This document shows, one piece after another, positions 1-12,420 of a stretch of DNA of 64,000 nucleotides. The position numbers and the translations under genes are program-made. The notes below the pieces were generated by a model. The model saw only the letters and a list, made by a program, of their open reading frames with translations, did no database searches and had not been told where the DNA came from. Positions within the stretch are counted from its first letter, which is position 1. Every line of letters starts with the position of its first letter. The DNA is from Octopus sinensis (taxonomy: Eukaryota), in NCBI RefSeq assembly GCF_006345805.1, contig NC_043000.1, positions 142,042,001 through 142,106,000 on the forward strand, in the 5' to 3' direction.

Positions 1-1049
1 TTAAGAGGAAAGTAATGGTTGCGACGGTTGGAAGAAATTTCAGAAAATCCTCATACGTCTTGAAAAAGAATGCTACTTTTACGAATTGTGTAAGTTCTTA
101 GCCGAGGTGTCATATAAATTACAGTTGCCTTACTACGCATGTAATTGTTAGTTACCTTTCACAGCAGAAGTAAAGAAATGTCGAAGATGTTGCTGATTAA
201 GCCCGTTATAGCCTACCCACGAGAAATAGCAACCAAAATACCTTGAAGGAAAACGTTTATATATGGACGAAAACATCGCCAAATACAGTTTTTGAATATT
301 CAAAGAAAGAATGACTTTGATCCGAGGATATATATGATGATATACTTACATGGAAAATTCCTCATCGTTTTCATGAATACACTCAGTATTTTCACAATGA
401 AAAACATATAAAATGGCATCGGTTGTTATTTAGTAACCTGATACAACTGTCCTGCGACTAAAGGGTCTTTGGCTATGACCATCATTTATTTTGCCATAAG
501 ATCTCTGTTGTACAGCAGTACTTCCTTTTTGCTATCGTGTTCGCATCTATTTTCTCAAGTCCAGCGACAGTATAACTTTAATGACACCTGCTGTCATAGT
601 AAGCTAGACCTTTGATATTTCTAAAAAATATAAACATACGTATGCACACCCGAGCACACACACACACCAAGTATATATTGGGACATCCTATAAATAATGC
701 GGTTATTTCAATTGCATGAACTAAAAGTCGGAGGGGAACGGGATAAACTACCTGCTATAAAAGCAAGTAGTAATTATACTTGCTTTTATAGATAATTTAA
801 AGGTTAACTGGTTGTGGATTTCTCCTCGCTCTATCCTTCTTTATCATCTACAAAATTGTTTCTCCTATTCTTCCTTTTATTTCCTTATTGTCATTTACAT
901 ACGCCTCACTGTAGCGTTGCTTACCATCTATACAATTTTAAAAATTTTATTTCACCTACCTCCCCCACCTAACACCCTACCTTTTTAAATTACAAGTTCA
1001 TGCGTCAACATAAACCTCTAATATCTCTTACTGTAAACACACCTCCCAC

Positions 1050-2312
1050 AAAATACACTCCTTAATTGATTCCTTGTAGTAGCCGCCACTATTCTTGCCG
1101 GTTCTACCTTGCTTTCTTCATGATGTTTTCTTCACAAAAACTTTTTTGCTCCAGAAAACAACCACTGGCAGATATCCGGTTATGCGATGGATACAAAATT
1201 TGCCCCAACTTCTACCAAATTAGTCATGAATTATTTAGAAGTTTTGATGGATGAAGTAGCCAAAACGAAGAATAGTAACAATTTCAAAATTATATAGCAA
1301 AAATTTGGAAACAATAGTTAGATGACTACCCTATTCTATTGATAGAACTCAACGATTTCAAATTGCAACTCAATATCATCATTACCAGTATTCATTTCCC
1401 CATAGAATTTAACAAAAAACAACTACCCTTCTTAGACATTTTGATTATTAAAGTACATGGAAACCGACGTGTACAACAAACCAACGGACTCAAAACACTA
1501 CCTACTTTTTCATCATGCTACCCTAAATATACCAAACCCAATACTGTGTTTATTCTAGCTGGAAGAATCCGGACAATGTTCTCCATCCGGATGCTTAGAA
1601 TGAGACGCCTTGAATTAAAACAGGCATTACTTGAAGGAAAGAAAATGTCTACTCTAATAGAAAATGAAATAGAACGTGTGAAGACAAGAGGTATTGAAGA
1701 ATTACGAAAAATCAAATAGTCTAGATACACCCAAAACTCAATCATTAATTGTAAGACACAAACGACGAAACCTAGAAATATTCAGATCTATTCATCGGAA
1801 CCTACTGTTAATGAGACAAGATCCAAAAATGCAAAATACACTTGAAACATACAAAATACTTGAAGGCAAAGAACAACCAAATTCCGTAAAAAGACTACTT
1901 AACAACTCAAAAATAACTACAGAATCGATACCAACAGCCAAAATGTGTGACCTATTCACTTGTAGAATATGTCGTTCCAACATTAATGAGAACACAATTC
2001 ATACGTTTCAATCAGGATAAGATTTTACTTTGAAAAACCATTTCACTTTATACCATCAAATGCAATAGATGCAAGGAAAATTACAATAAAAAAACTCCTC
2101 TTCCTTTAAGAATGAGATTAAATGTAAATGGTCAAAAATACGTGATCCCTGAAGTAAACAAATTCCATTTAGTGGACATTTGGACAAATGCGCGGAAACC
2201 AACTCTCCAAACTGTCTTTTCTCATTACACTATCAACGAGCAGATAATACTTCAGACCAACCAAGAATTAATGCGGAAAATTATTTCATCAAAAAATAGA
2301 AGCAGTTGCTGA
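1050..2312 (+). mobile_element. Degraded Penelope-like retroelement (RT, thumb, Cys linker and GIY-YIG remnants)
   Basis: Frameshifted pieces align by eye to the PLE at 18665-20632: 'AMDTKFAPTSTKLVMNYLEV' vs 'AMGTRMAP..LVIGY', 'IEFNKKQLPFLDILIIK' vs 'MEYSQQQLPFLDILIKK', 'KMCDLFTCRICRS' vs 'KKCGRPNCGICDY', and 'NYFIKK*KQLLN' vs 'NLFITKYKPLLN'. Many stops; boundaries approximate. Confidence 0.75.
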
Positions 2313-2970
2313 ACAGAAAACGAAGAAAAAAGTTTTATACGATTCGACTTCTCCTATGAAATAATTATTGAAGTATGTTAACCTGGGCTTATTTTTAAGA
2401 AACGCAAAATTTATAAAGAAGCTATTATGTATCTTCTTTACAGAACACCATATTATCTTACTTACTCCATATCTTGTTAACAAAGAAGGGATACATTTTA
2501 GCATGCTCAATGGGAGTGAGCTGGCATTAATTAATAACATTATTCGTCGACAGAACTATAAAAAATAATTATCGCTTATTCATATCTATATTTTCTAACG
2601 GCCATGACTTAATCAATGGTGAAAAGCTTTTAAGTGACGTTCTCACACGACTGACACCTAAGCTTAATACATAAATGTAAACCAATCAAATATAACGGAT
2701 AGCGCCCTAAGACACATTTCTACTTTAAAAGGAAGCTATTTTTATAAAAACGGCTAGAATAAACAATTCGTGACACAGCTCCATATGCGATACTCTTTTA
2801 GAAATCAAATGTGAAACCGATAAAGTGTATTCCTAAATTTTAAAATATAAAATTCTAATATTCTAATTAGTTCTAATGTACTCTCTGCACATTTTAAACA
2901 CTCTTTCATCTATTCCTCCAATTGTTTAGATTAATGACTATATATAAATATATATAAATATATATATATT

Positions 2971-3187
2971 CATTTAAAATGTGACCGCGTGTGTAACGTT
3001 GGCGAATTATTTCCTCCGTCTTCCCTTCCTTGGATCTTTCCTTTTCCTATGTTTCTGACGAAGAGCTCCGCTCGAAACGTTAAATCCTCCTTCTTTCTTT
3101 CTTTTCCTGAGCGTCCAATAACACTATACCTGTTCCACGTCCTCGCGTTGTTGTGTTTTCTCTTTGTGTTTTCATGTTTGGATTAAC
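2971..3187 (+). mobile_element. Short PLE-type 3' end module between (TA)n tracts, carrying a hammerhead ribozyme
   Basis: Pyrimidine-rich ~215 bp segment bounded by TA microsatellites on both sides and containing the HHR at 3051-3085. Confidence 0.5.
3051..3085 (+). ncRNA. Minimal type I hammerhead ribozyme
   Basis: GTTT-CTGACGA-A-GAGC(TCC)GCTC-GAAAC-GTT^AAAT: core CUGACGA, 4-bp stem II, GAAA, palindromic stem III ACGT, stem I GTTT/AAAT. Confidence 0.75.
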
Positions 3188-3189
3188 TA

Positions 3190-3252
<63 letters not shown>

Positions 3253-3694
3253 ATACATATATATATATATTATGTATATACATACACACACATATATATA
3301 CGCATACATATATATACATATATAAATACACTCACACACATATATATATATAGAGGTAACTGTAAGAACATGCGTATTAGGCAAGTCGATATACAAAAAA
3401 CCTTAAATGCATTTAATACAAAAATATGCATATATATATATATACATATAAAAAAGATCTTCCTTACATAGAATAGAAATATTATTAGGAATAAAAGGAG
3501 TTGATGAAGAGCTTTACGAGTCCACCAGCTGTTTCTAGAGGCATGGCGGTCCAAAATAATGATTGTAACTTGACTCCATCATCCAATACCACCAGCCTCC
3601 CTCTTCAGGGAAGAAATTTACATTTGAGATGTTGACATAATGAAGTTTAAAGATGGCATGATTTTGCGGAGAACTAACTATATTAGAAAGAGAA

Positions 3695-4016
3695 GTTGCG
3701 TGAAATTAACGTGTAAGTGGCTGAGCACTCCACAGACACGTGCACCCTTAACGTAGTTCTCGGGGATATTCAGCGTGACACAGAGAGTGACAAGGCCGGC
3801 CCCTTGAAATACAGGTACAACAGAAACAGGAAGTAATGGTGAGAGAAAGTTGTGGAGAAAGAGTACAGCAGGGATCACCACCATCCCCTGTCGGAGCCTC
3901 GTGGAGCTTTTAGGTGTTTTCGCTCAATAAACACTCACAACGCCCGGTCTGGGAATCGAAACCGAGATCCTACGACCGCGAGTCCGATGCCCTAACCACT
4001 GGGTCATTGCGCCTCC
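3695..4016 (-). mobile_element. tRNA-derived SINE, family A (OR-like)
   Basis: Minus strand starts GGAGGCGCAATGACCCAGTGGTTAGGGCA (A box) with GGTTTCGATTCC (B box); closely matches copies at 31957 and 41897. Confidence 0.85.
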
Positions 4017-4279
4017 TCTATGGATTAGACATCCTAGTAAGCAGATACGTTACCTTTGTCGCTTGTTGCCAGATCATTCGAAGAAATATTTCACTGAAAT
4101 TCCTTACCTCTCAAAGTCTTGTAAAGATTCTGCATTACAGTCATGTGAGAAACCGGTATTTGATAAAGTCATATCTGTTCCTAATTGGAACCTCATAATA
4201 TATGATACACCAATAGCACTAGTAAATACTTTAGATACTCTTTCCTTGCAGCAAACCTATTTCTCTGTCAGAAAGTATG

Positions 4280-5066
4280 AATATTGTTTTCTACTCTAGG
4301 CACAAGGCCCGAACATTTTGTGAATAAAGCCAATCGATTACATTGTCCACAGTACGTAACTAATACTTAATTTATCAATGACGAAAAGATGAAAGACATT
4401 TGAACTCAGAGCGTAAAGAGATACGAAATACCTATTTCTTTACTACCCACAAGGGCTAAACACAGAGAGGACAAACAAGGACAGAAAAATGGATTAAGTC
4501 GATTATATCGACCCCAGTGCATAACTGGTACTTATTTAATCGACACTGAAGGGATGGAAGGCAAATTCGACCTCGGCGGAATTTGCACTCAGAACGTAGC
4601 GGCAGACGAAATACCTATTTCTTTATTACCCACAAGGGGCTAAAAACAGAGGGGACAAACAAGGGCAGACATAGGTATTAAGTCGATTACATCGACCCCA
4701 GTGCGTAACTGGTACTTAATTTATCGACCCTGAAAGGGTGAAAGGCAAAGTTGACCTCGGCGGAATTTGAACTTAGAACGTAACGACAGACGAAATACTG
4801 CTACGCATTTCGCCTGGCGTGCTAACGTTTCTTATGTCTTTACTGCCCGCTAGGGGCTACATTCAGAGGGGACAAAAAAGGACAGACAAAAAAGTTTAAA
4901 TCGATTATATCGACCCCAGTGAGTAACTGGTACTTATTTAATTGACCCCGAAAGGATGAAAGGCAAAGTCAACCTCGGCGGAAATTGAACTCAGAACGTG
5001 ACGGCAGACAAAATACGGCTACGCATTTCGCCTGACGTGCTAACGTTTCTGCCAGCTCGCCGCCTT
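4280..5066 (-). mobile_element. Head-to-tail cluster of four tRNA-derived SINE units, family C
   Basis: Repeated unit (..GTTCTGAGTTCAAATTCCGCCGAGGTCGACTTTGCCTTTCATCC..CCAGTTACGCACTGGGGTCGAT..GTGGGTAGTAAAGAAATA) on the minus strand. Only the rightmost unit has the full head GGCGGCGAGCTGGCAGAAACGTTAGC; matches the solo copy at 45868-46097. Confidence 0.85.
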
Positions 5067-5871
5067 AGAAGGTAAGAATATTACTTCAGATTCCAATTAT
5101 TGTCCTCTGACCCTTACCCTCTCTCTATTCACTGAGGATTGAGAAGTAAAATGAATTATATCTGAAACAATTACTTCGGTAACATATTTCATATAATCTC
5201 GACTACGGAACGTCTTCGACAAGAACCAGTGTGTTGTATTGGTATTTGTGCCTCAAGAGAAATTAGAGTTACTATCATTCTGAAAGGTAAACAAAAGGCG
5301 AAATGTGCAATTCGGTACAACTGTAGTTTCCATTAAAAGTAATTTGTAATTTGCCACAGGTAAACTATTTTGGTAAACTAATATTTCATTTCCTGTGAGG
5401 ACCGTTTTTTGTTTACTTTCAGGAAACTCAGTCTACTGTACTGATATTTACTTCCTTTGAAAGATCTTTCCGTCACTTAAGTTTCGAATCAAGATATAAC
5501 ACATTTTTCAAAATATGTTTTTTTTTACATCTGAATCATCTTTGCGTATCTAACACAAGAGTAAAATAAATATTGCTGGTTTTTTTTCGCAAAATTACAA
5601 TAGTGTCTGCTGTGATCCACATTACACATAAGCTGATAAGAACATCATAGTAAGCTTCGAGTCCATGCAACCAGTGTAGACCTGCAGAGTTATCAATGTC
5701 GCAGAAGTGAAATACACAGCGCCAATAGAATACCTCTCACCACACTTTTGGTTAGAAATCCTTACTTGTATTAATCTGTCTAAACACAAATCTTTTTTAG
5801 TTTTATATGATTTTATAATACAAAAGATCTCAATTATATATTTAGAATTGTTGTTTGTAATTTCTCGAGCC

Positions 5872-5938
5872 ACGCATGGCTTATAAGGGCCGGTTTGTCG
5901 GTTTCCTTGGCGTATAGGTTCCCCACCTGGACGGGACA
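5872..5938 (-). mobile_element. SINE 3' tail fragment
   Basis: Reverse complement resembles the tails of the copies at 9011 and 29439 (CCCGTCCAGGTGGGGAAC..GGAAACCG). Confidence 0.5.
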
Positions 5939-6650
5939 GAGAGTCAGAGAAATTAGGATAACCACACTTTTGAAATATTAGTTTCTACGTTCGTTTCTCC
6001 ATTATTGCTGTTTGGAATCTTGCATTGTATGATTCAAAAGCATTTCGATGTGTAACCAGAGTGGATCACCAGGGAACGACTTATTGTATTATATATGTAA
6101 TCTTGCAGGAAAATAGAAAGATAACATTTGGTTGGTGGAGAGAGAGAAAAAAGAAAAGAGATAGAAAGGGCAAAATAAGTTGGCCAACTATAAACATGTT
6201 AAAGAAAAATTATATATAAATGTATCAAATAATAACATGGCAGATTAAGTGACAGGAATGTATAAATAAATGAATACATCCAAAACAGAGTAAGAGGAAG
6301 ACAAACCAGAATGCATTCTAGGAAGGAGATCACATGATAGGTAGAATAATAGGATCATAAAAATGTGAGTCAGTTAATTATGAGTCGATAACATTCATTG
6401 AAAGCAAAGTGATTGGAAAATGAATGTAAACAAAAATATATAATTTAGTATCATTAGGCTGTGACCTCAAACGTGATAGGTGTCCATAAGTAATTTTTGT
6501 ATATTTCAAAAGGTTCAATAATCAAATTACATAACATTTCTCGGTAGAAAATAATAAGATACATACGAAAAGACACTAACCACATACAGGTGCACCTACA
6601 CAAAACTACGTACAGGCACACACATATGTATAGACACATATAAATAATAT

Positions 6651-6809
<159 letters not shown>

Positions 6810-7318
6810 GGAGATAATGGAGTTAAACTCAGTGTTGTTCAAATCTTTATAATTCCGACGTTTGTTTCGAAGAAAACATTGATATTATTCTAGAAGAAAT
6901 AATATGATTTAAAAACAATGCAAACCACCAGGAAAAAAAGAGAGAAAGAAAACACATCAATAAGACAGTTTAACTGAATATGATTACTGCATATATGATG
7001 AGAGGAAACGCTAATGAGTTATTTCTAAAAAATCATTCATAGATACAACGTCAAAGGTAATATATAGAAAGGGAAGGAGGAAGAAAGAAATTAGAAGAAA
7101 ACCAAAATTGAAATGATATAGTGCGATAGGTGAATAGGAATAATAATAAAAGGCTTGGAAATAGATATATTTAGCGGAAGTAAACGGTGAGAAGAGTTAC
7201 AAAGCGAAATTTATAGACTGGTAGAAATGACTTATAGGAACTAAAGGTATGGTTTTCTCAATATATGTAATATGCACATATACGCTCATACATACAAAAA
7301 ATACATGTATATACATGA

Positions 7319-7370
<52 letters not shown>

Positions 7371-7377
<7 letters not shown>

Positions 7378-7548
7378 TATTAGAGACAAAACCACTATTT
7401 TGCAAAACAAACAAGGAAAGACTTAATCAATACATAAAATTTTAATAAATAGTCAAAAAAACCGCCATTGACTATTTATTAAAATTTTATGTATTGATTA
7501 AGTCTTTCCTTGTTTGTTTTGCAAAATATTTGTCTCTAATAATATTTT
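7371..7548. repeat. Fold-back (inverted repeat) element abutting (TA)n
   Basis: Arms 7371-7456 and 7468-7548 are reverse complements apart from one short indel; 11-nt spacer AAAAACCGCCA. Confidence 0.9.
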
Positions 7549-7633
7549 ATAATATTTTACTATAAAATTGGATTTAATCCTAAATCTGATTTTTTTCCCT
7601 GTAAATTTGGATTTATTCCCTAATATTTATTAT

Positions 7634-7669
<36 letters not shown>

Positions 7670-7924
7670 GTGCATATAAACACACATACATATAGTGCGA
7701 TACATACACACACATGCACATACACAAACAGATATATATGTATATATATAGTTACATATGCATATATATATATATATATTATATATATATATATATATAT
7801 AGTTACATACACACATATCATTATAAACAAGCATAGACACACACATACTGACATATAGGAGAATGTGTTGTTTACGTATATTTTGAGGAAAATAAATGTA
7901 GATATATAAACACAAAATCTGTGA

Positions 7925-8715
7925 TAATCATTAGTATTGTTCTTAAATGCATTCTCAGGCAATTTGAAAATGTTGAACTTTTGTGTAAGCATTTCATAAG
8001 GATCACTTTCTCTGCTAAGAAGGTCATCACAAGCCATAAGTATTCCCAATGCTTTATTCAAATATAATCGCTTGTGGCGTTTCCATTTTATAAGGATCAA
8101 AAGTACATATTATAGACGACTGAATTCTTTTTACTTGATTTTAAGTAAAGTATATATTCGAAAAGTGATATTGTATGAGAGATTCTAGTGTCGGAAAAAA
8201 AAAACACATTTTTTCTTTCAATCAGCATAATATACAAGGTAAAATCTGAAGTTGCTTTGTGTTAAAACATTATATTTGTAGACCATATTTTGTCTATAGC
8301 AATTCCTGTCAGGGGATCTCTGAATTAAAAGTTCGTCAATTCCTTGGTATGTTTGCATAAAATAAGCTGTCGCTATTCTTATTCTTTCTAGAAAGCTGCG
8401 AACCATCCATCAAGAGCAAATAGTTTATTTTGCCTTTAATATTTCAAAACTAATATTCTGCCTATACCTTTCTTAAAACTAAACTGTGGGGGGATGATTA
8501 AATACACCACAAATATGAATGGGGATAACGAGTCACCCTGGAATATTTCTGTTGTGATTCTAACTTTTCCTAAGGTTGTATAGCCAGAGTACTGATCTCC
8601 TTTCCATTTCTTCATGTCAACTGAATCTCTTGTAATGTTACCTGTAATATTGAATCTATATGCAAAAGCATTCACTTATCCATAAATTTGTAGTCATATC
8701 ATAGGATTTCTTACA
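7925..8715 (-). mobile_element. Degraded R4/Dong-type non-LTR retrotransposon RT fragment
   Basis: Minus-strand peptide 'LGKVRITTEIFQGDSLSPFIFVV' matches the RT motif GIFQGDSLSP of R2/R4-like LINEs; stops and frameshifts around it. Confidence 0.7.
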
Positions 8716-9010
8716 ATCTACACATGCGATTGTTATTGTCATTATCTTGTGTGTGTGTCTGTATACGTGTATGTATGATCTCTTTTACTTTTTATTTTTC
8801 TGTATCATATACCTGCGCTATTTTCAATTTTGAGAGCTGCAGTCAAGATATCCGCTATCTGACGATCGTATTTCAAAGAGAATATTATAACCTGAAAGCT
8901 ATAATTTTCAAAATTTAATTATTCTTGAAAACAATAACGAAATATGATAGGACAATATCAGTTTATGATCCTTGTAACCTAAAGTATTCGCCATTTCTTT
9001 TATTTTTAAA

Positions 9011-9253
9011 TGGAGGCGCGTGGCTTAGTGGTTAGAGTGTCAGCACCATGATTGTAAGATTGTGGTTTCGATTCCTGGACCGGGCAACGCGCCGTGTTTT
9101 TTAGCAAAATACTTCACGTTGCTCCAGTCCACTCAGCTGGCAAAAATGAGTAAGGCTGCGATGGACTAGCTTCCCGTCCAGCTGGGGAACACATATGCCG
9201 TAGAAACCGGGAAAACAGGCCCATGAGCCTAGCTAGGCTTTAAAAGGGCGCAA
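9011..9253 (+). mobile_element. tRNA-derived SINE with CORE-like middle (family A-type head)
   Basis: TGGAGGCGCGTGGCTTAGTGGTTAG (A box), GGTTTCGATTCC (B box), CORE-like TGCTCCAGTCCACTCAGCTG; tail shared with the 29439 copy. Confidence 0.8.
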
Positions 9254-10626
9254 TTGTTTTTTTATTTATTTATTTCGGTTAAGGAAATATGAATATAAAA
9301 ATTAATTTAGATTTATGTACGAAATATTAAGTAATAGGTTATAAAAATGCAATTCGTATTTTTTCAGTTGGTATTATTTGGTAAATTATTCTGAATGAAT
9401 TTAACGGCATTAAACTCAACGTTAAATGCAGTTTTCCAGAAGCCGTAAGAAGTGACACCTCGCTTTATACACAAGAATTAAAACGAAATGTATGGTTCAA
9501 CAAATATGGTTTAAATGATATTGGAGCATGAAAAATATATCCCAATATAATGAATTGAGTTCAAGCACGCGTGACCTAAAAGGGCTTTTTAGCCTGCCCC
9601 TTTCATGTTATGTGGCAACTTTTACTGAAACCACATTCTGGAATATGGTGCCAGGGCGCTAAGAACTTGTTCATTACCTTTTGGCAAAACACTTTACATA
9701 TTTCTTTATATAAGAATTATGATAACTCAATTGATGAGTTTTGAAAGACTAAATTCCATATCTGCGTCAGCTTATCTATTCCATTCTCATATCCCCCTTC
9801 CCCACGTTCCCGAACTTTATCAAAAATTTCCTAGATGAATCATTTCAAGTTCTCAGATGAATCATTTAAGCTAGAATATTATGAGGATCATTATGGATAA
9901 AAGACGGTTTATGCAAAATCACATACAAAATAAATGAAATACAAACATTGATGTGTATGAGTGTTTATGTATATTTATACACAATAGAAGTATAGAATAA
10001 TGGAGATATACCAGAATATGCAGGAATGTTTTTCTTATATGCATATTGCAGAAAAAAAACCCCAAAAAGAACACACAACGCAAAGTAAATGATCGTAATA
10101 ATAAAAAGAGTATAGATAATTGCATCGCTATATCCTTTCCTCTCACTTATGATATATGCATGTGAGTGTGTGCATTTGTGCGCGTGTGTGTGACTGTGTG
10201 CATGTGTGTCTGCGTGTATGTGTGTGCATTTGTGTATTCATGTATACATGTATACATTTTTATGCATGTAAATTCCTAATATCACGGCAACTTTATAAAA
10301 TGAACAAAATACGATTACGGCTTATATATATGGATATACAAGCAATGATGCAGTGGAGAATATTAATGAATGGAATCTGTCTGATTAGCTCAGCTGATCT
10401 CTATTACTCTTTTACATAGATCGGAATACAAAGTGTTAACTGAAACATGTTCCTCGTTCAAAATACGATAGTTTATTGTAAATACAGAGGCAGAAATCCC
10501 GATATTTGTATGCAAGTCTCTATCAGAGAAAAAAATTAAGTGCATACATATTCATATAAGTGTGTGTGTGTATACATATATGTACATATACATATATAAA
10601 TATATATATATATATATATAATATAT

Positions 10627-10692
<66 letters not shown>

Positions 10693-10698
10693 TATACA

Positions 10699-10788
<90 letters not shown>

Positions 10789-12278
10789 ATATATATATGC
10801 ATATATGTATATATATATACATGTATCTATGTATATGCATAGACAGACTCACACACATATGTCTGTATGTAAGTGTGTATATAAATATAAAAATAACGGC
10901 CACTATCGATTCTTCATCTATTATAATGGGATTTATGGCATGATACGCTACCCATCAAGTCTGTCCGAACGAATTGACTCAGAAGAAATTACTGCAATAT
11001 AATGAAGTGGAATTTCTCTGCCCGTGTCTGAACATGTTTTACGTTATAGAAACTCAATGGCCCATGCTTTAAAACGAGAGATACACTACATTCTTCGAAG
11101 TGTAAATTCTGTACAATTACAATTAATGTAACTATTAAATGTTTTTTTTTTCTTTTTGTTTTCAAAATACAAGACATTACCTAACAAGACGAACCAGAGG
11201 AGTGAGAGAATCTTCAAAAAATCATAAATATATTAGTAATGATGTTTAAACTGTATGAGAATACAACTGTATACATATATATGTGTTTATGTTTGTGAGC
11301 ACGCATGTCGTGTTTGTGTGTTTGTTTGCTTGTGTATGTTTCTGATGTGTGTGTGTGTGTGCATGTGTGTGCGTGTAAAAATTCACAGAATCGTATTGCA
11401 ATCACTGGAAGTTTTTCACGGCGATTCCACTCGCAGGCCACATAGTATCCCGCTTCCATACATTGTACGTGTAAAGAGAAGATTCTGTATGTATCCTTAT
11501 AGTTGAAGCATTGGAGTAAACCATGATATTCTGGTTATCTGATGAGCTACCTATTCTTATATAACACTACTGTATTTTGCATAACATGCATATTAGCGCA
11601 GATATGTGAATATAATTTATCATACAAGGAAATTAGTATAATAAGATGAAGGGTGTGAAACGGCTGTAAAGCTAATGACGATTTTCTGTAACAAAATATA
11701 ACACCCTATCATGCCTCTTGAATTTTTATGGTTTCACCGGGCGCTTTAATGTGAGTATATTTTCTGTTGCCTAAAAGTGCAGCCAACCAACAATATAGCC
11801 AAGCACATTTCTTGTGTATGTGTCTTCGGTATCGTTTATATCTCGCAAACTGTTTCACATTCATATTTGATTCTTTTCCGTACCATGAAACGTTGGGACA
11901 TGCTCGCAAATGGTTCTTACCGTATTTTTGCAAATATATCATAGACGGCGACTTAGCTTACATTAGGACATGTTCGGGTACGCGGTGTGTGTAGGATACA
12001 TTTATAACGAAACACCGATGTCCATCGCTCCTGAATGAGACCTGATGCGAGTAATTTATCCTGTTTATGACTGACGTCTTGGTGCTTTAAAATCAGGTGC
12101 ACTAATGAGAATACATTCTCTTAAGCCTAAAAGCGCAGCCTACTCACGAACTAGCAAAACACATACCTTGTGTATATGTGCTCGATAATGTTTATATCCC
12201 TCGAGTTGGTTCTAATTAATATTTGAATATGAATATATATATATATATATATATATAGATAGATAGATAGATAGATAT

Positions 12279-12313
<35 letters not shown>

Positions 12314-12340
12314 TAGATATAGATATAGATATAGATAGAT

Positions 12341-12420
<80 letters not shown>

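Noticed and set aside
4280-5066. Repeat array superficially like a CRISPR or satellite array
   Set aside because: Units are ~200-bp SINE copies with no unique spacers, in a eukaryotic context with no cas genes.
6850-6900. Minus-strand GAAAC-AAAC-GTC-GGAA motif
   Set aside because: No recognisable CUGANGA core upstream.
9011-9090. SINE heads as tRNA genes (also at 29439, 35689, 41897)
   Set aside because: A and B boxes are present, but there is no complete cloverleaf and each continues into SINE core and tail, often with TSDs.
11540-11610. CTGATGA-GCTA...TAGC motif
   Set aside because: No GAAA or cleavage triplet; it is only an imperfect hairpin.
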